From assembly GCF_964355755.1 (NCBI RefSeq), contig NC_092670.1, forward strand, positions 9,414,201 through 9,478,200: a stretch of DNA of 64,000 nucleotides, given 5' to 3'. Position 1 is the stretch's first letter, and every line of letters starts with the position of its first letter. The DNA comes from Antedon mediterranea (Eukaryota > Animalia > Echinodermata). Both the position numbers and the translations under genes were made by a program. Positions 1 through 12,100 of the stretch are shown here, piece by piece. The notes under the pieces are model-generated. The model made no database searches. It was not told the DNA's origin and was given only the letters and a program-made list of their open reading frames with translations.

Positions 1-535
1 CTCAACAAATGTCATTTATTTATGACTCTTTGACAGCTGATTCTCCTTCATCTCATCTTTTCAAATTTAATCACGAAGTTCATAATTATAATACTCGTAT
101 TGCACAAGACCTACATTTGCCAAAACCAAGACTCACTGCCTTTAAACATTCAATCAGATATACTGGTCCCATGAATTGGAATAAAATTCCTTTTCAAATT
201 AAACATTCGGCTACTAAATTTTTATTTAATAAAACATTCAAATCTTTCCTCATTTCTAAATATTAATGTTTTCCCCTGGTGATGTGTGTACGGGTGTGTC
301 TGTGCATGTTCTGTTTGTTGATGTCTGTTTGTGTTGTGATTCGTGTCCTGTAAGTTTGTTCTGTACCTGTGTGTTTGTTGTTCTGTCTAACTTATTTATT
401 ACTTCATTGTGTGGGCTTCCACATCACAGGCTTGCCTTTCGTGGATTGCCATCTTTTTTTCCACATGTTGCAGTTCTTTTTATATAAGGTATTATTTGAT
501 GTTATCAATATATTAAAAAAATAAAATTATTTATT
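1..535 (+). mobile_element. 3' end of a CR1/L2-group non-LTR retrotransposon (ORF2 C-terminus plus 3' UTR), truncated by the window start
   Basis: ORF 9-266 reads HNYNTR..DLHLPKPRLTAFKHSIRYTGPMNWNKIP..IK...FKSFL, the typical C-terminus of CR1-group ORF2. It is followed by a GT-rich UTR and AATAAA/(TTTA)n near 520-540. Confidence 0.7.
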
Positions 536-547
536 TATTTATATATA

Positions 548-2137
548 CTAGATGGCACGCTCGCTTCGCTCGCGTACCATCTAGGTCGTGCCCACAGATG
601 GTTCTCGAATACACAGTATTTCCAGCGAGAAAAAAATGGAGATTTCAAATGTACGTACCGCAGGACTATAATACATTGTCGTTTACAGAAACGAATAAAT
701 ATACACAATGATTTATGTAGTCAACCAAAATTAGCACCCTGGGAATTACTTCCGAGAGAGAAACAAAATGAGTCAAATTTTTTTATTTGGACTCATTTAA
801 ACAAACCCAATTTGTGTTTTGTATGTAACATTAAGGGTTGAGGGATGGGGGAAGAAGATAGGTACAAAGAGGAAACATTTTAAAATATATTCTTATCCAC
901 TCAGTAACGAAATATTGTTTTTAATGTTTTATAGGCCTATAAATAATATACCACTAAATACAGTAAAACATTTACGATTTAATACGGTACTTTGTTAAAA
1001 CTCTCACTGTCATAGTCGATTGAAATAGTAAAGTACATGTAACGATACACCACTACGACGTTTATATATTTTTAAATTATTAATTAATACAAACGTTGAG
1101 AAGCAACTGTCAGTAATAACGTTTATTTATTTGTATATTATATGTTTATAATCTAACAGTAGGGCCTACCCACACTCACAGTAATAAAGTTTATTTGTAT
1201 ATATTTTTATATTACATCTAACAGTACCAACACTCACAGTAAGAAATTTGCGATTCAAATTGCGATCAAAAGTGGTTAATACCTTAACAGTATTGTACAG
1301 CATTGCAATACTATTTATGTTTATTCTCCAAGGGGGCCCATAAATCTAAATCTATACCTCTATGGTTAAACCAAATAATTTGGAATGTTTATTTGTATAT
1401 TATATGTTTATAATCTAACAGTAGGGCCTACCCACACTCACAGTAATAAAGTTTATTTGTATATATTTTTATATTACATCTAACAGTACCAACACTCACA
1501 GTAAGAAATTTGCGATTCAAATTGCGATCAAAAGTGGTTTTAACCATTAAAATACCTTAACAGTATTGTACAGCCAGGGAACTCCCTGGTACAGCATTGC
1601 AATACTATTTATGTTTATTCTCCAAGGGGGCCCATAAATCTAAATCTATACCTGTATGGTTAAACCAAATAATTTGGAATGTTCCATTCATCACAAATCA
1701 ATACATTTGTAAAAACGTATATTAAATGTATCAAAATAGTATTTTTTAAAGAAAATCAGCCTGTCTTCAACATTATGATGCTGTACTCGAACTGTTCAAC
1801 CGGTTTTCAGCTATTAAAAACAATTATCGTAGGAGGAGATAGGAAAATGCGAAGCCTCCTCGCATTTTTGTGGCGGGTATTTTTCAAGATGGACATCCAT
1901 TAGACAGTGTATACCACGATCGGAAAACACCCCTATTTGGGGCAAATCGTTGAACCTAAATTCGTTTTAATCGTCAATAACTAATTATCTAACTTAATTT
2001 AATTAGTAAACAGGGTTACATCAGGTGGTTAAAATCAGTACCGAAAGTACGAACCAACTTTATATACCATCGAGTAAAAATTCTAGAAGTAAGGCGCGAT
2101 TTACCGAATTTTGCCCTTACGTAAATTTATATATAGA
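548..2137 (-). mobile_element. Non-autonomous Helitron (about 1.59 kb)
   Basis: On the minus strand it starts TCTATATATAAA (2137) and ends in a GC-rich hairpin followed by CTAG (CTAGATGGTACGCGAGCGAAGCGAGCGTGCCATCTAG, ending at 548). It lies between A and T with no TSD, which are the canonical Helitron termini. No RepHel ORF is present. Confidence 0.75.
1128..1683. repeat. Tandem duplication of a roughly 260-bp unit inside the Helitron
   Basis: TTTGTATATTATATGTTTATAATCTAACAGTAGGGCCTACC...AATAATTTGGAATGTT occurs at about 1128-1390 and again at about 1390-1683. The second copy has two short insertions. Confidence 0.9.
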
Positions 2138-2361
2138 TTTACACAGTGCTATGCAACACAATTGATTTGTATATATGTATGTGTGTGTGTGTATGTATAT
2201 AGCTCTGCTAACTTTTCTGGCTGTTTACTTTATCGTTTTGATTTAGTTTTTCGCTTTTTTTGTATCTCCATTGAGATCCAGCCACTGATACCCACAGCAT
2301 TGTCATTTTTTCAGTAATTTGCCTTTGGATTTATATATATTTGTATATATATATTTATATA

Positions 2362-3762
2362 TTCTTTGCCTGATTTGTTTATATATAAATATTGTATATT
2401 TATATATATATATATATGTAACTGAAAATAGTCTATATAGGCTATATATTTATATTATATTTCCTCATCTTTATCGTTTCAAATTAATTAATTAACATTT
2501 CAGTATATCGCCGGGCTGTTTAGAATTAATGTTTATTGTCTGATGAGTTAGTGTGTGTATATATGTATTATACAGATATTGACTGCTTAGAGGTTAAATA
2601 TAAGATTTGACATCCCCGAGGGAATGATATTAAGTTCGAGGGAATATATATTTCCCGAAGCGCCAGCTGAGGGAAATATATATTCCCCGAGAACTTAATA
2701 TCATTCCCGAGGGGATGTCAAATCTTATATTTAACCGATATAAAAGGCAATATCTGTTATATTATATAGCCAAGAACAAGTCTGCTGGGTTGGGTGAAGC
2801 TAGGCTAGCTAGGGCCTAGTAGGCCTCCTTATTGTATTGTACTGCCTAGACACCTTACCTTGCGAAGAATAATATACAGATAATTACTAATTAATGATTC
2901 CTTGGCAATAAAATATTCACTTAGGCCTAGGTCGTTTAAATTAACAGAAGAATTTCCATCAATAAGCCTATTAATAATAATATTATAATCAGGTAGGCCG
3001 AATAAACAATTCGTCGTCTTCTCGATCTTCGAGGAGCCGAATCACCGGATGTTCAGCGCGTACTAGTTACTAGGTTACTACCGTGAGTATTGACCAATCA
3101 TAAACGGTGTTTCATCACATTTAGGGTGGACTTATAACAAATGAGGGCGCTATGTATGCATAGCTTAAATAGTTTAGAAGATTAATTTCCTCAAGCAACT
3201 TCCGTGGCCCAGCGGTTGAAGCGTTGTCTTGCGATGGAGTGACAATTCCACCCGAGTTCAAGATCGAGTAGATGACTTTTGTTTATTTATCGGCAACGCG
3301 AGTGTTGGCACACGAAAATTACACAGTCAATATCATCGTACTCGAGAATCTATATGTTTAATGACAGGGGACACGATAATTACGCGAAAATTACACAGTC
3401 AATATCATCGTTCTCGAGGATATATACGATTTACGATCCTCGCAGCGGTAGTCATGTGATGCAGTTTCAACCAATCACGTTCGCGTATTTACATAGGCTA
3501 TGTAATATATATACATACATATAGGTGTGTGTGTACATATATACATATATATACAAATAAATAAAATAATTAAATTAATGTTAATGTTCTTTGCCTGATT
3601 TGTTTATATATATAAATATGTATATTTATATATGTGTGTAACTAAAAATAGTCTATATAGGCTATATATTTATATTATATTTCCTCATCTTTATCGTTTC
3701 AAATCAATTAATTAAAATTTCAGTATATCACTGGGCGGTTTAGAACTAATGTTCTTTGCCTG
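2362..3762. repeat. Two direct copies of a roughly 180-bp AT-rich unit (2362-2542 and 3587-3762) flanking a palindrome-bearing element
   Basis: TTCTTTGCCTGATTTGTTTATATA...TAGTCTATATAGGCTATATATTTATATTATATTTCCTCATCTTTATCGTTTCAAAT...GTTTAGAA is present twice. Confidence 0.85.
2565..3505. mobile_element. Non-coding DNA element with a long subterminal palindrome (family uncertain, possibly Crypton-like)
   Basis: Near-perfect inverted repeat at 2592-2736 (GGTTAAATATAAGATTTGACATCCCCGAGGGAATGATATTAAGTTC... / ...GAACTTAATATCATTCCCGAGGGGATGTCAAATCTTATATTTAACC), extended by ACAGATATTG/CAATATCTGT. The body is more CpG-rich than its flanks and is bounded by (TA)n runs. Confidence 0.5.
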
Positions 3763-5245
3763 TCGTGTTTATATATTATGTTAATGAAATGTATTGTTTG
3801 TAACTCGTACTTACTTTTTTTAATACCTTATTCATTTGTTTTATTATTGAATGAAAGAAAGAAAATAAATGTTTACGTTGAGTTGAGCTCTATAATTATG
3901 CGCATATACGGCAATTTTATCGCATAATTATTGAATTTTAAAAAGTGGATATTTTGGCCATTTTTCGAAAATGTGCCTGTACAGGGAGTTTTTCGAGAAA
4001 AAAAATATTTATGTACTATCTATTACAGGGAAATTTTTCGAAAAAAAGACATGCGCAGAATCACATAATCTGTTCTGCGCATGCTACCTCCATTCAAGTT
4101 AATATTTTTGTCATTTTTTTACAATGACTTTTAATTCAATCCAAATGGGTAGTCACCATTTAGTCAGCTATCGGCAAGAAAATCAAGAATAAGCAATATA
4201 ACTGAGCTGTTGTATCATTTATTTTGAAAATACCAGTATTAGCCTACTCTTCATCAAATACAGTCAGTGTAATATTATACTGTTTTAAAGTTACAAAAAA
4301 CGAATATCCCATTACATGAGCTACATAACTTTTTTGTTAAATATTATCATTAAAAAATAGAAATAAAATATTCATTTCAGTGTTCATAAAAAAACATTAA
4401 TAGTCAATCAAAAAGCATAGTTATCTAAATACCAGTAAATAAATTGATTTTCATGGAAATTTATTAAATTGCCATAATTTTAGGCCTCAAAATGTTCTTT
4501 TCTTCATATTTTAATCAATTATTGCGTGCATTCTGTATTACAAATTTACCATACAGTAGTACTTCAATATATTTGACAAAAAAGTGTGATGTACCCATAT
4601 ATGGACACGATGACATCACATTAATGGGTAGACTACCACTCTTCTATATTTTAATTAATCTGTTCTACAGATAAAATTGAATTGTATTTGGTGGGAGACT
4701 ACAACAGCGAGCACTTTAAAATTTGTAATTTTTATTTACTGTAGTCGAATTGTTCTCAGATGTTGACTTGCATCGACTTTTTTGTATTGTAATTGTTGTT
4801 TACTATATCATATTTTTGTTGTGTACATTTCTTATGGATGCACCTTCCACTTGGTCGAGTGCCACTGTTGTAAAAGTGTAAACTCCAAATAAATTATTAG
4901 TATTATTATATCATTAATAAGCAATTCCAAACAGGAGGTGGCTGCTCTCTGGTGGTAAAATTCATTGCTCTAGTAGGCATCTGGTGGTGTTTAGTAGGAC
5001 CCCTATATTCAGGTTACAAATGCATTTCATAGTCCGGGTGCAATTCTGTGGGCTACAACAAATTGGATTAGGAACACTAGAAACTTTATCTCAACTCTGA
5101 TGAACATGACAGTGCACATTCTTCAAACACTATGTAATTAATAAAATTTCAAATACATTTCGTGAAGTTTCATCCACTGAAGTTTGTTATTGGGTTCAAA
5201 CATCATTTCTCATGGCATATCCAATTATTGTTCTTATAGATCGAA

Positions 5246-5385
5246 TGCTTGGTTCCCACTAAAGAAGCAACGCAATCGAGTCGACCGATCACAAGCGAGG
5301 GAATATTCGAAGAGTCGCTTGTCATTGGTCAACTCGCTTGCGTTGTTTGTACATCCTAGCGTTGCGTCCTAGTTGGAACCAAGCT
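5246..5385. mobile_element. PIF/Harbinger-type MITE, family B (TIR AGCTTGGTTCCCACTAG)
   Basis: TIRs GCTTGGTTCCCACT / AGTTGGAACCAAGCT. The internal sequence is shared with copies at 36542-36680 and 51856-52011. Confidence 0.7.
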
Positions 5386-6175
5386 CTATTGGGACAATCA
5401 AATTTACTAAAAACATAAACAAAACCTGGGGATTTTTTTTGTTATGCAGGCTAATTCTACTAATCATATATCGTTAAAATAGTACTAAACAAAATGTGTG
5501 AAGCACATCTGTGTATTTAAATATCCTATTGCATATTCATATTATTTCTTAAACATATAAATATTATGCTGTAAATGGTGAATACAAAACATGTCAGAGA
5601 GCACCAAACAAAATTGTAATGATAAAATTCAACCAATGACTTTTTAATGGATTTTGTTGGTTATTGGGTTTAAACCTCATCCAATCAATTCTCACAGCAA
5701 AACAAGTCCATCACACAAAATTATTTTTCTTGTGAATAAATTTGGACAATTACATTTGGTGGATACACAACAGCAACTAAATCTGCCAAATCTCAGAATA
5801 TTTGTGAGAGTTTTGATGTCTGTAAGTAGAATAACCAAAAATGGCAATCTCAGCTGTATCATCTCTTTTTAATTCGGCCGACAAAAAGAGGTACTTTACG
5901 AGGTATTTGATGGAAATAAAATACAAATTAAAAATTGTTCTCTATAGAAATTCGGCAGAAAACATTCAGTACTTTTTTTTTGTGCACTGGCTCTTTTACC
6001 ATTTTCTTCTCACTTTCATGAGAAAGACACATTCCACTGTTTTCATCTACATTTTTGCATAATGATAAATATAAATATGATACAGCTATTTTACTGTATA
6101 GATGGATGCTATTTCTGTGACTATGTTTACAGCTCATCGTGTTGTAAAGAGTAAATTGCATTCATCTTTAGGATT

Positions 6176-9100
6176 TCACTGGAGTACAAGCCCAACCTGT
6201 GAATTTAAATAAAATAATCTATTATAAATACTATACTATAAAGCACAGTTTGAAAATGTGCTCTAAAGACATGATGTGGTTAAATACATATTATACTAAG
6301 AAAGTTAATTCTACCTCCACTTGCACAAATAATGGCAGATAAGGAACTAACCGAGATATTTATTGCAAATTATTTAGAAATAAATAATAATATTTCAGAT
6401 ACGTTTATGAGATTCCAAATTAAAGTTATTTCCCATCTGTCTATGGAATAATGGCAACAGTGTTTTCCAGTTGGGTTGTTCCCCCTGTTTACCATATTCA
6501 TTTGTTTCGAGTAGATTAGCAATTACCTTTTGTTTTTAATTTGTTTATACAAATGTATAAGTAAATAATTCAATAAATAAGTTCTAAATGAATAACTCAT
6601 TGTGATAATGTCTTAACAGAGAAGAAACGTTTGAGAAAAAACAAATGATTAAAAATAAATTGTTATTACTTTTTCTGGCGGCATATCTGGACATATCCAA
6701 TTATATAGATAGTATTGTAGATTTCCATCACCCATGCCAAATTTCAGTTCTTCTAGAAATTCTCTGTTGTCCATTAAATCCAAAGCATTGAAGACATCAA
6801 ATCCTTGCTATTATATTAAAGAGTTTTTAAAAAAGTATAAAACCTCTCTTCACCAATGTGTTGATATGGTTACTTGTAACAAAAAATAACAACTAGATGC
6901 TGAAATCCAACACAATTACAGCTCAAGAAGTTTATTCACCATAAAGGGACTCGGCAAACTGGCCCACCATGCACCAGTCCCACCTACTCATGCACACGCT
7001 ACTACTGTATTAAGCTTGTTGAGCGCTTCAATGCGAGAATGTTTTAATATCCAAGAAATTAATAATTTTATTGCTATTGCAGTAGTTAATTTTATAAAAA
7101 TTATTATATATTCTTTTTCAATATATGCCTCGATTTATGTGGTTCTTAAAACCGATAAACGGCAGCCATTTGAATAGTCTGCACATGCATCATCTTATTC
7201 ATGACGACTGTGTGAAATACAATCAGTGGTATAATAAACACCTTCGCTACCTATCAGAAAATAACCACTAGAACCATGTAAGCAAATCAGCAGCAGATGT
7301 GCTGAAAAGGAATTTAATTAAGCACTGCAATAATAACCAATCGACTATCTCGGAATAGGTAATAATATTACAATAGGATAGACAGATGCCTTTTTCACTT
7401 GAGCTCCTGTGAATACTGTTCTGGCGAGCTCTCATATGGGAGCTTCAAAGTGCTGAGAATGGAGCGGGATCTTATCTTAGCATATTTATGGATCATTTTT
7501 GTGTGTATTGGATGTGATAGGGAGTAACCACACACTGTTGTACATCTGAAAGTGTCAAATAAAAACTACTTACATTTTTTGCCATGATTAGGGCATCTTG
7601 CATTAGTTGCGTCATGGACACGCTTGAGTTCACGTTGTAGAAAGAGTAAGCTGCGTGTAGTACATTGTGTACAGAGTGGTGCATTATGGATGATGACAAT
7701 GTATAATAACTAATCAAATCGGTGATTTTCCCATCAGCCTGTAAACAGTGTTCAAATAACCAAATATTAAACAATGTATGGAGTAATCTTTGCCCAACCT
7801 AATGCGGAGATGTTAGTTAATCCTCTTTCGTACCACTGGGTTTCCGCAGTGAAGTAATTGAATTGGAAGGGTTGTTGATTAATGATTAATTGATCTGTCT
7901 GCACTATCAAACTAGTTTGACCAAAAAGTGTAATGTGCCCAAATATGGTGGTGATATGCGAAAAAATGGGTAGTGATATGACATCATCATGTCGATATTG
8001 GGCACATAAAAGTTTAACAGTGTAGACAGAACTTTAAATGCACAATAGCCAAAGACTAGTTGTGTGTACTTATCGGAGAAGACTTCTTTTAACACAAGAA
8101 CAATGGCAGCGGAATGCTTAGAACCTGTGACAATATAGTGTCCTGTTTTCTGTGGTGGTAGACAATTGAATAATAGAAACAAGGCATAGATGCACGGTCG
8201 CCTGCGCACATAGAAAACAATAACTTGATGCAGTTGCCCATGCCAATAGCCTAAAGAAAAAATATTAACTGACGACATAATCAACCATGCTAATAGAAAA
8301 TACTAAATTAACAGTCGACTGTTAAAATAGAAAACTTTAACTTCAATGCACTCGTACGGGTACAAGTAGCTTATATATTAAAACACAGGACGATTTAAAA
8401 TCTGAAAACTACAATTCAACCTACCGATTCAACGACATACGTATTTACAATTCCTTCTCTAGGAGTAAACCAATGCTGAAATTCTTCCTTCAATATCAAA
8501 TACAAATTCATAATTATTATTATTATTTTTAATTATTATCATTTTTTAACTATCTTTTTATTTGATTACATACATTTGATGATGCATATCAATATAATTG
8601 ATAATATGGACTATATTTAAAATTATCAACGTTTTTTTGTTCTACTTATTTTATAACAAACAGAAATTCATATAATTATTATTTTATTTATATTATTTCT
8701 GAACTATAATTCCCTTTTTTTTATATGACTATATAATTATTATAATATGGAATATATTTAAAATTATTTCAAATAGTTTTTTCTGTTTTACTTATTTTAT
8801 AACGTTATATATACATACCTCCGTAAACTTGGGATAGAGATCAAATTTTTTCATATATTCTGTAAAGATTTTGAGACAACCAGGACCATCCTTTGCTTCA
8901 TAAACCCTAAGTCCTGGAGTTATTGGTTCCTGCAACGACAACAAAACACACAATTAATTTAAAAGAATAATCTATTTTTGCAAACTCCACAAACGTTTTG
9001 TGTGTTGTGCTTTAACAAGGTTTTATACTTGATTTATTTATACTTGATGTTAAGACTTACAAAGCCGTAGATTGTGTGTCCCTCCACATATTTCTATATA

Positions 9101-12100
9101 TCATCTTGTCTATTTAAAATATCTTTTCAGTGTCATATTGATAACACTGCTCATGGCAAGTACCTTAACTTATCAAACTTGTTAAAACTACCTTTGCCAA
9201 AACCAGAATATAAAAGACGTAGTTTGTCCTAAAGGAGCACTAGAATAATTTTGATTCTGATCCAAACTGCTTCAACTCTCTACTCTTTTAAAAATAGATT
9301 AAACAATAAGTAGAATTATATTTGTACTTTTTTTTCAAATGGAAACATAGTGTATATATTGAACGATTTATATATTACATATTGTATTTTAGTTTGTTAA
9401 TTTGAGAAGAACAACCCTGTGTTATTATTATCCATGGATAAATAAAGTTAAACTTGAACATACTGTAATGTGACCGACCTAAGAATTGCAATAGAAAAAA
9501 TAAACGAATGGGGTAATTTCCCCACTGCAAAACTTAACTTAATTTGGAATACTGGAAGAAAAGGGGACAAATGAATTTTATTAAAAGATTCAAAGTAAAC
9601 CCATTATTATCTGAATCCTGATTGGTGGATACTATCTGAATCCTGATTAGTGGATACTATCTAAATCCAGATTGGTGGATATTACCTGGATCCTGATTGG
9701 TGGATACTTACAGGTGGGAGTTTGTAAAGTTTTATTGTTCTAGACATCGTCATGTTGCGGCCGATGTGTGAAAACTTCACATCTACCAACTTTTTTGGAT
9801 TCAGTGATCTATGCCAATATCTGCAAAACAAGCAATAATATGGCTTAAATGAAAAATAAGAATTTTTCAAATGTAAATAAAGAATTTGAACTTTTAAATC
9901 TTAACATCTTATCAAAGCAATACACATAACAAAAACAAAGAGTACAAACTTAAATAAGATAAAAAGGACCTCCAATATATTATTTTGTATGTTTAAAAAT
10001 GAATAGCAAATTGACTTTTTAATAGAGGAGTTAAATTTGTCATGATTTTCTTGACTTGAAAAGTATTTAAGTAAAAATATTTTCCAGTTTAATTTGATTA
10101 ATTTAATAGGCTACATTCATTACCTGCAAGTTGCGACAGGTTTAGGAAGCACAATGCCAGCTGTAAACACTGCTTGAAATATATCCTCCATATTAACACG
10201 CCTTGTGATCTCACGTATCAAGACCGGCGCTACACGTTTGTTTCGTAGCTTTTTATGCACGCACAGAAAATTGATTTCTACCATTGTTTGTTCTCTGAAA
10301 AGAAAATTCAAGAAATATTAAATGAGAACGGTACTGGGTTTGGTGAACAAGTTTCCAGGCCAGACATCCAATCTAAATAGTCGGCCTACTGGCATTAGTA
10401 TAGGGGAAATTGTGATAAAATTATAAAAATTGAGTGAAAATCACATTAAATCGGGTGAACTAGAGATTGGTTATAAAATTGGAGGAACCCCAACAAAATC
10501 AGAGGAGTTGGCAGGTTTGCAATATTAATTTATTTATTTAAGTCTTTTTCAAGCTGTTACTAGGGAAATTGGCTAGTTTCCTATTGCACATGAATATTAT
10601 TATACTATAAAAAGTAACAATACAATAAATTATATAAGATATAAAGATATAGTTCACTTACACATCATAAATATTAATGTGAGCCGTTACTGCACTAATA
10701 AATCCCACCAGTTTGTTATTTCCAACAACCCGCACCGCACAATGCCACTGAGGACGCCAGCCAGGTGGAGTTAATGCCCTGCAAGAATAATCGAAAAGAT
10801 TTTCACAATACCATCTATTTAATTTAATAATATTGGATAATATAATTATGTCGAGTTTAAAGATATATTATATTTTATAACTTTTACCAAAAATTGGATC
10901 ACAAAAACATTTTTTTTTACCTGAAAAAATTGCAATTAGACAGACAGACAATGACTTTTTGTTAAATTTATCCATATTTTGTCTTTTTTTTGTTTCATTC
11001 AAAGCCTAATTTTATTAATCATCTTGAATAAGAATTTACTGTACAGGTTTTACAATACAAAACAGCATTATCCATAATTAAAAAACTAATTTTCTATATA
11101 TTTTTACAGTTTCTTAAGATACCTACCACAAAAGAAAATCTTTAGAGTAATCAAATCTGAACATATTGTCATCATCTTCTACATAATTGTTTGAAAGTAG
11201 GTTGTAAAGCTCATCAAGCTGAAGAAAAAACAAAAAAGAAACATTTTCATATATTACTACGTTCAGATTAAATAAATATTAGATAAAGAAACATGGCTAC
11301 ATTCAGACTAGAGAGATATTATAGGCTTATCTTACACCAGGCATAAGTTAAGTCAGGTGCTTGGAAATTTAGACATAATTGTCGTCATCTTCTAATAATT
11401 GTTTGAAAGTACTGTAGGCTGCAAAGCGCGAGGCTCACAAGGTAAAGCAACATGGCTACGTTCAGACTAGAGAGATATTACAGGCTTATCTTACACCAGA
11501 CATAAGTTAAGTCAGGTGCTTGAACATTTAGACATACTTGTCATTATCTTCTAATAATTGTTTGAGAGTTTTAGGCTGCAAAGCTCGAGGCTTACTAGGT
11601 AAAGAAACATGGCTACTTTCAGACTAGAGAGATATTACAGGCTTATCTTACACCAGGCATAAGTTAAGTCAGGTGCTTGGAAATTTAGACATAATTGTCA
11701 TCATCTAATAATTGTTTGAAAGTAGGCTGCAAAGCTTGAGGCTCACAAGGTAAAGAAACATGGCTACGTTGAGACTAGAGAAATATTATAGGCTTATCTT
11801 ACACCAGGCATAAGTTAAGTCCGGTGCTTGGAGATTTAGACATAATTGTCGTCATCTTCTAATAATTGTTTGAAAGTACTGTAGGCTGCAAAGCGCGAGG
11901 CTCACAAGGTAAAGCAACATGGCTACGTTCAGACTAGAGAGATATTACAGGCTTATCTTACACCAGACATAAGTTAAGTCAGGTGCTTGAAAATTTAGAC
12001 ATACTTGTCATTGTCTTCTAATAATTGTTTGAGAGTTTTAGGCTGCAAAGCTCGAGGCTTACTAGGTAAAGAAACATGGCTACTTTCAGACTAGAGAGAT

